Shown: positions 23,631 through 37,256, numbered from the stretch's first letter. The stretch: 64,000 bases of DNA from Eledone cirrhosa (GCA_964016885.1 OZ024746.1:2542001-2606000), one strand, 5' to 3'. Notes: generated by a model not told the origin, from the sequence alone. A program made the numbers and translations.

Positions 23631-25055
23631 AGCGTAAAAGTTGGCGTCCATCAGGGTTCTGTTCTCAGCCCCCTACTATTTATTATTGCCCTTCAGGCTA
23701 TAACAGAGGAGTTCAAGACAGGCTGCCCATGGGAACTCCTATACGCAGACGACCTGACACTCATAGCGGAATCAATGGCCGAGCTAGAGAAGAAATTCCA
23801 AACATGGAAGCACGGCCTAGAGTCAAAAGGACTTAAAATTAACCTGGCTAAGACCAAAGTTCTAGTTTGTAGGAAAGAAAACAAGGCGGCGGTCCCTTCT
23901 GGGAAATGGTCGTGCTCGGTGTGTAGGAAAGGCGTAGGTAGAAACTCCATTTTATGTCCTAAATGCAAAGTATGGGTGCATAAAAGATGTAGTGGGATCA
24001 CAGGTAAGCTAACTAAGAACATAGATTTTACATGTGGCCGGTGTTCTGGTGCAATAAGTAGCAGCAAGTGCCCACAAAATACTAGCTCTTTCAATTGCGC
24101 AGAGGGTTCTATAGAAATAGTGGACAGCTTCCGTTACCTGGGCGATAAAATCAGCAGTGGGGGAGGGTGCTCTGAAAGTACTGTAGCTAGAGTCAGAACT
24201 GGTTGGAAAAAGTTCAGAGAACTTATACCACTATTAGCTGCTAAAGGGTTCTCCCTAAAAATGAAAGGCAGGTTGTACGATGCCTGCATACGAACAGCAA
24301 TGTTGCATGGCAGTGAGACCTGGGCATTGTGTGCAGAGGATATACGCAGACTAGAGAGGAACGAAGCTTGCATGCTCCGCTGGATGTGTAACAGTAATAT
24401 ACGTGAACGGCAAAGCATAAACGAACTAAGGAAAAAATTAGAGATAAGAGGGATCAGATGTTGTTTACTCGAGAGAAGGCTACGTTGGTATGGACACGTG
24501 ATGCGCATGAAAGACGATAGCTGTATAACAAAGTGCAGGGCAATAAAGATAGACGGTAGCCACGGAATAGGCAGACCTAGAAAAACCTGGGACGGGCTGA
24601 TAAACTCCGACCTCACACACTTACACCTCTCCAAGACAATGTCACTGGACCGAGGCCTTTGGCGGTACTCAGTAACAGAGAAGACCCGCCTTGCCAATAG
24701 GCATCTCTAACAAAATACACCCCGTCCCGCCACCACCCCCACCCATCCACACCACCCCGTCCTATGTAAAGTTATGTTGGTGCCGCGCCATCCAGGCCGA
24801 AACAAATGAGATCGTGTAGGTGTCACGACAAAAAAACACACAGTCCACGCTGTAATGTGGCCTTGTAGGCAACACGGTAAAAACCTCCCAGACCCACACT
24901 GTAAATGTGGTTGGTGTTAGGAAGGGCATCCAACTGTAGAAAACCTGCCAGACAGTCCTATGCGAGCAAGACAATCACTCTTGCCTCAAGTGGGACTACC
25001 CCCGTCCAAACCCATGCAAGCGTGGAACACGGACGTTAAACGTTGATGATGATGA
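23631..25055 (+). mobile_element. 5'-truncated RTE-clade LINE (long-3'UTR subfamily) with an uninterrupted ORF 23631-24710
   Basis: [18 protein letters not shown] (RT catalytic motif), Cys/His finger CSVC...CPKC..WVHKRC...[19 protein letters not shown], and a (TGA)n tail. Inserted in a (TA)n tract. Confidence 0.95.
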
Positions 25056-25109
25056 TATATATATATATATATGTATATCTATATATATATATATATATAT
25101 ATGTATATC

Positions 25110-25178
<69 letters not shown>

Positions 25179-25235
25179 CTATATATATATATATATATAT
25201 ATGTATATCTATATATATATATATATATATGTATA

Positions 25236-25278
<43 letters not shown>

Positions 25279-25427
25279 CTATATATGTATATCGGTGCCC
25301 CAGCATGGCCTCAGCCGGATGGCTGAAACAGGTAAAAGAGTAAAAGAGTAATATCTATATATATATATATGTATATATATCTATATATATATATATGTAT
25401 ATATATCTATATATATGTATATATATC

Positions 25428-25462
<35 letters not shown>

Positions 25463-25493
25463 CTATATATATATATATATATGTATATATATC

Positions 25494-25524
<31 letters not shown>

Positions 25525-25557
25525 CTATCTTTATATATATATATGTATATATATATC

Positions 25558-25588
<31 letters not shown>

Positions 25589-25589
25589 C

Positions 25590-25620
<31 letters not shown>

Positions 25621-26007
25621 CTATATATATATATGTATATATATCTATATATTATGTATGTATATATATCTATATATTATATATGTATATATATCTATAT
25701 ATTATATATGTATATATATCTATATATATATATATATGTATATATATCTATATATATATATATGTATATATATCTATATATATATATATATGTATATATA
25801 TCTATATATATATATATATGTATATATATCTATATATATATATATATGTATATATATCTATATATATAGAGATATATATACATATATATATATATAGATA
25901 TATATACATATATAGATATATAGATATATATACATATATATATATATAGATATATGAATGTATATATATATAGTCGCGTACGTACGTGTGATTAGATATA
26001 CATGTGG

Positions 26008-26038
<31 letters not shown>

Positions 26039-26040
26039 CG
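25056..26040. repeat. (TA)n-derived microsatellite containing a short retroposon 3' tail at 25292-25352
   Basis: GGTGCCCCAGCATGGCC...GAAACAGGTAAAAGAGTAAAAGAG. Related tails near 11250-11300 and 58748-58806. Confidence 0.85.
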
Positions 26041-26599
26041 TGCCTCGTGTGTATGTATGTACGTATTTGTGTGTATAAATATTTTTATATATATATGTGT
26101 GTGTATGTGCGTACCTATGTTTGTTTTCTTTTTTCTAGTGTTAATTGATTACTTTCTCTTTGATTTAAAAAATTTTCTCATTCTCATATATTGTTTCATT
26201 TTTATACATATATCGAGAATGAAACTTCTTTTTACTATTACACTCCCTTCCCTCTTTATCTTCCGCATATAAGTGACCGCGCGTGTGTGTGTGTTTATAC
26301 GCGTGCTTTCATACTCGTATGTGTATTTAATACCTGTATCTGGATGCGTGTTAACTATATTATCTTAGAATTTATTTTTCAACTCATATTATATACGTAT
26401 TTGTGGTCACATATACACAAATATACTTGCCCTCATATATGTACTTACGCACACATTTTCACCATACACATACACATGCATTTGTACATACACACATATG
26501 TACATTTGTGAGTGTATATACATATACACATACCCTAACTATATTTCCTTATTTTTTTATATATCTCTTGCATTACTTTTATTTATATATTTTTAGCTC

Positions 26600-26829
26600 G
26601 TTAAACTCTTGCCTTTCTTGAGGAGACTTTTCAAATATTTCACTATGTTTTATATGGCCTTGTCCGATGAACGAACGAGGACGTTTTTCATATTAATCTT
26701 ATTCAGTAAACCTCTGGTAATGAGGTAATTATATTATATTGTTTATTATACATTAAATTTTGCTCTGGTACTTACATAGAGCACTCTTCACTCCTATGAC
26801 TTTTTCAATTTTCAACGGAAACTTCAATA

Positions 26830-26832
<3 letters not shown>
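26600..26832 (+). mobile_element. Penelope-like tail with a degenerate hammerhead (about 26609-26728)
   Basis: AAACCTCTGGTAATGAGGTAATTATATTATATTGTTTATT aligns with 2916-2957, and the tail aligns with the reverse complement of 2711-2772. The core is mutated (TTGAGGA, TAAA). Confidence 0.55.
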
Positions 26833-26865
<33 letters not shown>

Positions 26866-27112
26866 AATGGAAAAGAATGAAACGAAATTTCATTTCTCAC
26901 TCTTAGTACGGCTGATACTTAAATGTAAGTATGTATACGTACATACATATATGTATACAAACGTACAGTAGTATGTATATATATATATCTACATACATGC
27001 ACACATATATATATATATGTACATATGGGTTTACCGAACATTTATGATAATGTTCGGGCTGTTTGTAAACAAACAGCCCGAATTACGCCGTACAGTGTTC
27101 GGCAACCATAAT
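26866..27112 (-). mobile_element. Truncated copy of the 44700-45456 hammerhead element (3' part only)
   Basis: Reverse-complement match to 45222-45456. Abuts (TA)n. Confidence 0.8.
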
Positions 27113-27574
27113 GTATATATATCATCATCATCACCGTTTTACGTCCGTTCTTCCATGCTAGCATGGGTTAGACGGGTTGTCCTGTTGTGAGCAGTGTCTG
27201 GTCGGCTGACCATGCCTTGCTCATATAGGAACTGATTTTGGCTTGGTTTCTACAGCTGGATGCCATTCCTAACACCAACCTCATATATCTAGTATGCACA
27301 ACCTTCCCTCCCATCACCCCTTCCATACACCTCTCTATCTCTACCTCCTCATGCATGTTCCCCACCCAATCCACACCATAAAGGAGTCAATCTGGAGCCA
27401 AGCGCCCAGTCCACACTGAGTATATTTATTATTATAGGAGGATAAAGATCTCATAACTGCTTGTGGAGTCTAGAGGCACCGTCATACGATGTGTCTAGGG
27501 CACTTTTAAACCTGTCAGAGTCCAACCCTCTCCAGGTCTCAACACAGCCAATATTTTCTATAGAGGAAGAATCG

Positions 27575-27722
27575 ACACCAGTACTGGACTGGTACTTTTT
27601 TTAAAGACCTTGAAAGAATAAAAGGCAAAGTTTACGCCAGCGGGATTTGAACTCAGAGCGTGCAATGAGGTGGGATGAATACTGTAAAGCATTCTGACAA
27701 CAACTCTGCCAATTCGCCACCA
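27575..27722 (-). mobile_element. Older tRNA-SINE copy
   Basis: AAAGGCAAAGTT...GGGATTTGAACTCAG...CTGCCAATTCGCCACC. Confidence 0.7.
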
Positions 27723-27727
27723 TATAT

Positions 27728-28030
27728 ATAGTGAAAGAGTGAAGAATCACATGGTCGGATGTACAGGGTTTTATTTACAGTATTAACAATTGTTTCATTG
27801 GTCAGGTGAGTCTAAAGGCCGTTGATTACTTGAGATTGCGTCACTCGACCTTAAATACAGTGTGTGTCTCTGATCAATTCATTGGAATACTGGAGGGTGT
27901 AACACATGGCACTGGTATTCTCTAGTGATTAGCGGCCTTTAGACTCACCTGATCAACGAAACAGTTGTTAATACTGTAAATAAAACCCTTTTTGTACAGC
28001 CGACCATCTTATTCTTCACTCTTTCACTAT
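27728..28030. mobile_element. Fold-back Penelope-like element with a degenerate hammerhead (about 27856-27978, +)
   Basis: Arms about 27728-27834 and 27919-28030. Reads CTGATCA ... CGAAA-cagttg-TT, with TACAGT/ACTGTA flanks and a following AATAAA. Confidence 0.65.
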
Positions 28031-28189
28031 TATTACTCCAAGAATAACCTACATGGAAATTCTTGTAAACTCGCTACCTAACTAAGGAAACCTCCTGTTG
28101 AGTCAAACAACGCTGTATATTAAAACTATCCCTAGTACAGAGTACTCAACCTCTAACTGGATTACCTAAAACGATAACTTATTATCCCA

Positions 28190-28219
<30 letters not shown>

Positions 28220-28225
<6 letters not shown>

Positions 28226-29515
28226 TAAGTTAAAACAATGAAATAAAAAATCAAGTCATTAGAGATATACTTCACTGCATTACGATCGTTTCTAGGTGAT
28301 GATAATACATTGTAGCTATACTCAGTTATTGATCTATGTAAGGTTAGTTACAAAATATCAGATAAAGAGAATATTTAATTACATGCATATCACCAGCTGT
28401 TTTCAAAAGCAATAATAATTTTATTCAATAATAATTTTATTCAGAATTAGTAGTATGTTAGTATCATGTCCTTATTTGGAGGTCGTTGAAGAACTAACGA
28501 ATCAAATTGTTTTTTTCATATGGTGTTAAGATGAAAAGTAATTTACTTTAGTTGAGGTCATGACCCTTTGAAAGGAATGGTTGAAGGGTGTTCATAGTAG
28601 AATTGGCTTAAAAATCTATTAGGAGGAAAGGGATTGTCAAACTGATAGTTGAATGTATCTGGTATAGTGAATTTAAAAGGAATGTCAAAATAAATGGTGA
28701 TTAGTGTTGTATTGAGTTTTAAGGTGAATATAAATTAAGGTTATGGCTAGGAAAGATAGTATATTAAAAGATGAAAATTATAATAAGATAATGAAATACA
28801 GTAATGTGATAATATACAACTTAACCAACACAATATAGTACTGTGTGGTAAATTGCATTTAGTATAATATAGCATATGATACACTCTAAAATACTATCAA
28901 GTATGTTTATGCATAAATAATCAAACTCAGATAAATACATGTTGGCATAGTTAAAACACATAAATTTCATAGATTACAATTCCTGTATCACAATGGATAA
29001 ACAATATTTGGGTACCTCGTTGAAGAATATTCCAATTCCACCTAAAGATGAATATCTAATCTTACTCATACAAAAAACTAACCAATTTATTAGGAGAATG
29101 AGATGGAGGGCCTACCATTTTGACAACAAAACTAATACAAATGAAATGAAGTACCGCTATGGATTCAAAACATACAAAAATCCTCCTCATAATATTCAAC
29201 TGGAACATTTTGAGAGCGCCCTACTGAACATGATTAAAAACAAAGTTCAGAAAACACAAATCAGAATTCCAAAAGGGATTGGATTCTACCCTTCTACAAC
29301 TGAAAAATTCAAACAAGGTCCATGTCCATTCTGACAAAACTGGTAACTTGTACCATATGGATATCGATAAATATAACCAGTTCATATATAAAGAACTTAG
29401 AAAGAACTATAAGAAAGCAAATACCACCGCACTGACATCCCTGAACAACATATCATGTGATATAGTAAAACAGGTCCAGATTGGAGATAGGACTGAGCCT
29501 TTCACGCCTAAAACA
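28220..29515 (+). mobile_element. Penelope-like retroelement 5' portion: inverted pLTR upstream of the ORF start
   Basis: Degenerate minus-strand hammerhead at 28272-28415 (GAAA-cgatcg-UA) beside (TA)n, followed by the ORF N-terminus. Confidence 0.65.
28993..29515 (+). pseudogene. Penelope-like element ORF N-terminus, with a frameshift near 29241
   Basis: SLKNIPIP...LIQK..QFIRRMRWRAYHF...YGFK...PP...FE..LL.MIKN / KFR..KSEFQ...V.SDKTGNLY...YKK. The DKT motif is characteristic of PLE N-termini. It resembles the Naiad type (from memory, unverified). Confidence 0.75.
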
Positions 29516-29519
29516 TCTG

Positions 29520-29892
29520 AATTCCTTGTTTCCACAAGAAGATTATTTTAGATACCTTACTAAAGCAACAAGAACTAAATGAAAATGAACTAGAGATAAG
29601 CAGAAAGGAAGTAACTGATGCCACGATGAAAATAAAAGGGAGTAAAGGCACCAGATATAGATTAAATAAACTTTGAGGTTTTAAGGAGCTGGTTGTGATA
29701 AAATAGTTGATATGTTGCTAAAGATCTATAATACTTCTTGGAAGGAAGGAAAAACTCCTTGAGATTTCTCAAAAATGATTGTGACCCCTATACACAAAAA
29801 AAAAGGAGATAATTTGGGAAGAGCAAACTATCGTGTGCTGCTTTCTATCCCAGGGAAAATATCCCTGCCTATCGTATTGAACAGAATGAAAG
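29520..29892 (+). pseudogene. Decayed RTE-type LINE RT N-terminal fragment
   Basis: EISRKEV....K..K.PD.D, IVTPIHKKKGD....NYR..LLSIPGKI...IVLNRMK, with stops and frameshifts. Confidence 0.75.
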
Positions 29893-30142
29893 GTGGAAGA
29901 AACTCAATATGCCCCCCCCCCTCCTTACAACAAGTTATTTCAGCCACATGTATTTTTTCTCTCTCTTCTCATTCCTGGCTGCAGACAAGATGTTGACAAA
30001 GTTAAGGATTACTAGTGATGCCATCAGAACCTTTTGTGGTGAGGGTGGTGTAATCATCCTGATTTGAAAGATTAAGGTGGTGGCCAGGCTGCAATGCGAA
30101 GATGTAGCAGGCTTCATGGCACTTGGAGAGAAATATGTTGGG

Positions 30143-30257
30143 AGAAGACGAAAAAAAAAGAAAAAAAAAGAAAAAAAAGAAAAAAAAAGAAAAAAAAAGA
30201 AAAAAAAAGAAAAAAAAGAAAAAAAAAGAAAAAAAAGAAAGAAAAAAAAAGAAGAAA
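30143..30257. repeat. Polypurine (A8-9G)n tract
   Basis: Direct observation. Source of the Lys-rich and Phe-rich ORFs. Confidence 0.95.
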
Positions 30258-31615
30258 TTGGTAACAAAATTATATTTTGAAGAGAAAGCTGTATAACTTC
30301 CTTCCCTAAATGCTGTTTATTCTAGCAGAAGATTCTATCTTGAGTATCTGGATTTCTATGTTGTTGTGAAAAAAACTTATATAAGAATCTATTCCTTGAA
30401 AAATCTCTTCCTAAATTTTCCTCTGGCACAATCATTTCTCAATTATTGCTTTCAACATGGAGGTTTTTTTCATTCCTACACATTGAACTGAAGTTGTCAT
30501 GTAATAGACATTTTAAGTAGATTGTCAATGTCTTGCCAAAACTGATGCAGTAATTCTTCTGGTCTTTCCCTTCAGAATACTTTTACACTAAATGGAAATA
30601 TTTCACCTTTGATTTTCTTCTGTAGCTGAGTGAAGAACATATTAAACTGCTAACTCATGCATATGAGTGAACAAAGAAACCACTGCCAGGTCGCTTGGCC
30701 TGTTAGGAATTGGCAGTCACATCTCTCTCAAATTCTACTCTGCCATCGTAAAAAAGGAATGACACTTTGAATAATGTAGTCTTAGATGCACTATTTCTTA
30801 AAGAAAGACAGGATAATTTTGATCATAAATTTCATGGATCTGAGCTGACCTGGAGTTAAGCAACATCAACATCTAACTCATGAGTTGAAATGTACAGCAA
30901 ATATTTCAATGTGTTTCTAAATTCTACATCCTTTATTTCACCCAAAGAATAGCTCCTTGGGTGTTCTAGGAAAGTTACATGAAATAGACTAGCTTCCTAT
31001 CCTGATGAGATATATCTCTCAATTTCTCATTTGTTTAGTTTGGTATTGACAAAAGCCAGACAAACATTTTGGCCAACCCAATATATTTAAATTTTTTAAT
31101 TTTTCAATTTCTAATTTTTAATTTTTTGATTTTTAAAAACAATTTTAATTTTTAATTTCTTTTCTTCAGTTTTGTCATCTTTCCAAATTTTTAACTTTTC
31201 ATTTGCCCTTTATTTTTTTTTTTTGTAGCTTTTTTCATTTTTTCCTTACTTTCTTTATTCCTCATACCTTATATGTGCCTAACACCCACACCACTCCGCC
31301 ACCACAACCACATCACATATAAATTCCATGATCTTCATTGTAGTTGTTATATCTCCATAAGTGATATTCCTATATATCTTATATATTTACTTAACACCAA
31401 TATCACCTATCTTCATAGCTTCCATCATAGCCATTATCCTACATTCAACCATCCTTAGATATTACAGCTCTATACTTCATAGTCTGTGATAGAGGAGGGG
31501 GTATAGGTTGGGTGCAAGGCATAGCTACTAGGGTGTGATAATGAGAGCATCTAAGGGTTTCAGGAGAGGGGTAGACAGCAGCTAAGGGATGAATACAGGA
31601 AGGGACATGTAATAA

Positions 31616-31797
31616 TTGTTTCTACTTTTGGCACAAGGCCAGCAATTACTCAGTACATTACTGGTACTTTATTTTATAGACCCCGTAAGGATGAAAGGCA
31701 AAGTTAACCTCGGCGGGATTTGAACTCAGAATGGAAAGGGCCGTAATTCTGTGTCAAAGCATGACGTCCGACCCTCTACCGATACTGCCAATCCACC
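31616..31797 (-). mobile_element. tRNA-derived SINE (young family)
   Basis: Full-length match with A and B boxes. Confidence 0.9.
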
Positions 31798-32990
31798 AAT
31801 AATGGGGATAGCTGCTAGGGAGTATTAGAAGAGGGGTCATGGGTGGGATATATAAGAGGGGAATGACTACTAGAGTACGATAGTGAGGCAGTCTAGAGAC
31901 TTTTAAGAAGGCAATGGCTAGGAGTGTGCTGGATGTGTGTGGTATATTTTATAATGGCACCAACACTAGAGAGGTTATCAAGTCCTTGACTTCACTGAAG
32001 AGTTCTTCTGACATTATGTTGTTACTGGTCAAATGTCAACAACTTTGTGTCATGTACTGAGTGTATTTTATTATGGCACCTACATTAGAGAGATTGCTTT
32101 GTTCCAAGACAAATGTATTTGAGAGTGAAAATAGGAGGACTAAAGGGAAAACATATATGATGAGTTGACAGAAAGGTTTCAAACAATTCTTAGTACTATA
32201 ACCTCAAAGTCACTTTACTCTTTATTATGCAATATATAATGCTTAATATATTCATATATACAAACATAAATACACATATATATATCTTCATAAATATACA
32301 TGCATACTTATATTTATAGCATTTATAGTTACATAAATTGAAGGAAAAAAAATGAGCTGCAGAAAATAAACTATTAAAACTGGAATTGATTTCTTAATTA
32401 GGTAAAAACACAAAAAAACTAGGTGAGAGCCATCTATCATATGTGAACATGTAAGAACTTTCTTTGATGTTAAAGAAATATCTTCTGTGTTGAAACAGAA
32501 CTTAGATATTTCAAAACATTCACTGGAAAATGAGAAAAAAAGAGAAAGTACATGAAGACAAAATATTTTCTATGCTATATACATTTTTCAGAAATAACAT
32601 TTTGGTTTGAAGCATTAGAGCAAATTTTTTTTTTCAATTACTCTTAAATTTGCTCATTTTATTTATTATTAATTTTTATTTAAAATAGATAAAATTAATT
32701 GAATATATACTTGCAGCATATTCTAGATATGAACATATACTAAAAACATTTGAAATTCATAAATTCATAACCTAAATTTTATAAAAAAATAAGAATTTTC
32801 TAAGACATATATATATTTTTTGGTATGAGTGTGGGGGGGAGGGGACAAAACTTATGACCCTGCAGAAAATAGAATAGTATTCAGAACAAATTCTTAGAAG
32901 CCTGAAGAATCCGTTTGACATAATTATCAAATGGAAACCAATGTAATCATTTGCCATGATTTTGAAGAGTACATATTCCTTAAAAAAAAC

Positions 32991-33037
<47 letters not shown>

Positions 33038-33040
<3 letters not shown>

Positions 33041-33335
33041 TTTAACATCTACTTTCCTTACTAGCAAGAGTTGGTCAGGTTTTTACCAACTGAGTCAGTA
33101 CTAAAGTGGGGTCACTATCCTCTTAGACAGGCTGTGGGTTCTTGCTTACATATGGTTCTATATTCTACCAAGTACATTTTATTGTAGCACCAGCACTAAA
33201 GAGGTTGCCATGTCTTTAACACAAACTGAAGGGTCCTCCCAACATTTTATTTGGCAAGCTTTCTATTGCTGGATACCCTTCCTAACACCAACCACTTTAC
33301 AGTGTGTACTGGGTGGGTGCTTTTATTGTGTAGAG
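33038..33335 (-). mobile_element. Decayed SINE with GTGGTTGGTGTTAGGAAGGG core and RTE-type tail
   Basis: CCCTTCCTAACACCAACCACTTTACAGTGTG on the plus strand. Confidence 0.65.
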
Positions 33336-36300
33336 AGGTTGTTGTATCATTGATACAATTGACACAATCTCATATTTCTCAAACAGTCTTCCAAACAACT
33401 GTTTCCAAAAAATGTGAAACCGAGTTCCAGTGATTAAGATATTCACTCAACAGAAGTTGATGGAACAAATATCACATACATTGCCTTACATTCCATGATC
33501 TGCTATCTGCTATTATATCTGTGGTAGTTGCAAATATTTCATTTTACAATAGGAAAAACGCCTTAGGTGATAAATAGGATATGATTAACAGTCATGTAAA
33601 AAACATCCACCAGAAAATCAATCAATTCAAACTGATTGAAAAAAACATTATCTATACAAAAAAAAAAAAAAAAGAAAGGTATCTCATTTCATAACCTTAA
33701 CAAACAAAAGAATCATGTTTTCAATATGTGGTCAGAAAGAATATACCATTGTGTAAATCATATCATGTCCCTGTCATTACAAATGTGAAATAAATTTATT
33801 TGTGGTGCAGAAAAAAATTAGCTGATCAGAATGAAATCAGTTTTTTTTTTTTTTGTCAGTGACTATGAAATGAAACACAGGACATAGCTACTAACTTACA
33901 ACTCTATATTGACAACAAAGAAAATATATTAATGGACTCTCAATATCCAGGGTGTTGAGGAAATTGTGAAAATAAATGAGGAGTCAATAATAAAAGCTAA
34001 AAATTAAAATATTGGCACATGCTAGTTGATAAATTATACAAACAATGATAAGATTGCTGCTTTACTAAAGTGGTGAAATAAATGCCTATATAGAAAAGAA
34101 TCCTTGCTATACACCCAAAACAATATATTTTCTACACCGACATTCCCAGCACATACATCTAGAGACAGTCAAACCTTTTATTATCATATTTTTAATGAAA
34201 TACATTGCATTGCATTTAATTAAGGATGTATTTTGAGGGATTTACTAAAATGATTTCATTAAGATGGTATTTGTAACAAAGTAACAAAACATTCTTATAT
34301 AAAATTATGTATTAAGATATTAATTTAATAGGAACCCTTTAAAATGCATGGTTTTATTTCTTGGAACTGGAGGTGGTTTTGGGGTGGGCTGGTACTTAAA
34401 GTGTTAAAAACTGCAATGAAGCAACCACTGTCAGGGACTCCATGGCTATGCTGGTAAGATCTTCATGGTTTCTTTTGAGTAATGCTAAACACAAGAAGTA
34501 TTATGAAAGGATGTCTACAAGCTACCAAGAAAAATAAAGCTTTCAATTTGATTTTATATATGAAACTGAAAATTATATTTAAAAACAGCGATCAGTCATG
34601 TCTACACTTTCCAAAACCAGGTAGCTTTCTTGTAGAAATACCTTATCTCTGGTCATTGTTCATTATATTTGTAATACTAGACAATCTCACTACTGAATCA
34701 AATACTGAATCATTCAGTGAAGTTGTCTCATATATATCCTCTGATGATGTCTGTAGTAGTCTCACTAGTAATCTTTCAGTTTTTACTTGGATTTAGCTGG
34801 CTTTTATCATTTACTTTATAGGAGGTTCAGTCTAATGTAATAGCTGTACACAATCAAACACAGATGAATATAAGTTTATGTAAAAAAAAAAGGCCATGTG
34901 TTTCATAAATGAGTAAATATAATTGCAAATGAAATTAATTTGGGACCTGCGGTTAGCTGAAGAAATGACAAGAGAAATCACGTCAAATGCCCTAGAAAGT
35001 AAACTGAAGAATGTTACCACCAAAACACTTAACTCTTTTTTCATCACATCATACTCTAACTAAAAACAAGCTTCACTATTGACTTAATGCCTGTATACTA
35101 CAAGCTCAGTACCCTGTTCCATGTAAACTTGATCTGCCAACACTTCACATTTTAACATCAATCAGAAATTAATATACAGTGAAAATACCAAATCCAAGCC
35201 TTGTTTATCAGGAAATTAGTGTTTGGCAAACAATAAAGTTTGATAATGTATCCAAGAAAATTGATACATTTTCTGTAATTCTACACAGATAAAAATATTC
35301 CATCTGAGATATTTATGTGATCTTACATTTACTTCTTACTCTACCAGTTAGCTTGATAATGAATGAACAAACATTCTCTGTAGTGTAAAGACTGAAAGCA
35401 TGAGGCCTATCAACCATGGGGGAAGATAGTAACAGTAGTTTAGCCCTATTAAATAGTCATGAAATCAACCAGAGAGTGGAAGCTGTTAACAAAAAATATT
35501 CTGCACAGATTTGCTTCTTCAGGAATTCTAAAGTTGATAACATTTTTTTCAGACTAGTGATGCATATTACATTGTATTTGTATCAAGGTTGCCAAATCAA
35601 AATATAGTTTTATAGTAAGATATGCTGTGATTTATAGCTAGAACTAACCAAAATTTACTGAATATAGCTACAAGAGATATAACAATAAATTAAATTATAA
35701 ATTTATTTTAAAAGAAATAAGGGCTACAAAATCTTAAAATTATTGTATTTCAATGATTGACGTATATTTTCTGACTCACAATTATTTGAAAGTTACACTT
35801 ATTTCTGTATATTAATATAAACAGATGTTATTCCTCTACTTTTAAAATTTACTAAGACAGTTCGCAATTGTAACATCATATATTGCGCAGTATTAAACAA
35901 ATCTTTAGACATAGAATAGCATTGGAAAGCTTCAATTCTATTATATTTCTTAACTTTAACATTATTCATGAAGAATCAACATTGAAATAACAATATTAAA
36001 CTATAAGGTCTTTAAAGGAATTGTACCCAGATGCATATAAACTTAGATCCAAAATAGTTCAATACCAGTTTTATGGGTTCAGTCCAACAAACAGATTTAT
36101 TTAAAATTGGTATTCATCAGCAAATATGGATTATTTTGATGTACCCAGTATTCCATCAATTTGGAAACCGAGCCAGCTTCAGCATTTGGTAATCAGAAGG
36201 AGGAGGTAGGTGTAAAAGCCACACTCACTATATTCAATTCGGTATTTGTGCCAACCCTTACCTACAGTCAGGACCAAAAGAATACAATCACAAATACATG

Positions 36301-36415
36301 AGGCTGAAATGGGATTCCTCTGAAGGGTCTTTGGAGTAACGTTACCTGGTAGAGTGTGTAGCTTGGAGATGAGAGAGTCACTCCAGGTAGAGTCACTACT
36401 TCTCTGATATGTATG

Positions 36416-36446
<31 letters not shown>

Positions 36447-37069
36447 GAATGTACGTACATATGCACATTCATAAATACATACATACATACATGTATGAAT
36501 GTATGTATGTATGAGATAACAGTGACGGAGGCAGATTGAAAATTATGAAAGTGAAGGAAAACTCAGAGATTCAACTGTCTTCCCATAGAATTATTGCTTA
36601 TATGCTGTAGTTGGGCCTTAAACTGAAGGTTGAGTTATTGAGTGGAGGATTCCTTAGTTCACCTCAAGGATTGTTATTTAGCTCTAGATCAATACATTAT
36701 CTAATATGGCCATCCATATTTAAGACATTCAAGAATGATTTGAGGGAACTTTGTTTGCTACTTTTAGCAGCTTGATTGGCTATGTAGAGGGTTCCTCGTT
36801 AGCTCATCTAAAAGAAGAGTCACATGATGGCTTCTTTATATCTGTTTCTGCATAACACCAGCAAAACTGCAGTAAATTATAACTAAACCCTGTCATAACT
36901 AATTCTGTCTTAGACTACAACACTATTAAAATATTAACTGCATTGAATAAGTTCTGAGAATATTATCGGTGTTAGGAGTATGTATTGATTGTAATATATC
37001 ACTGAGATGTTGAGATTAATTCTATCTTCACACAAAAATATAAAGTATTATCATTATTATCTCCTCTTT

Positions 37070-37256
37070 GGCGGTGGATTGGCAGTATCGGTAGAGGTTC
37101 GGACGCCATGCTTTGCAGCATAGAGTTACGGCCCTTTATGATCTGAGTTCAAATCTCGCCAAGGTTAACTTTGCCTTTCATCCTTACGGCGTCGATAAAA
37201 TAAAGTACCAGTAATACACTGGGTAATTGCTGGCCTTGTGCCAAAAGTAGAAACAA
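37070..37256 (+). mobile_element. tRNA-derived SINE (young family)
   Basis: GGCGGTGGATTGGCAGTATCGG...GAGTTCAAATC...GTAGAAACAA(TTA)n. Confidence 0.9.

Noticed and set aside
28993-29551. Selenoprotein-type (in-frame UGA/SECIS) Penelope element
   Set aside because: The break between ORFs is a frameshift, not an in-frame TGA, and the 3' part where a SECIS would lie is absent.
30077-30280. Lys-rich, NLS-like ORF
   Set aside because: Poly-A/G tract artefact.
30995-31030. CTGATGA followed by a small hairpin (also 2105, 8570, 15979, 55353)
   Set aside because: No correctly placed GAAA, UH and stem I, so these are not hammerheads.
34650-34830. Minus-strand exon-like segment (IQVKTERLLVRLLQ...)
   Set aside because: Every frame between the candidate splice sites contains a stop codon.
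37070-37165. tRNA gene
   Set aside because: A and B boxes are present but there is no cloverleaf, and the sequence continues into a SINE body. It is a SINE head.
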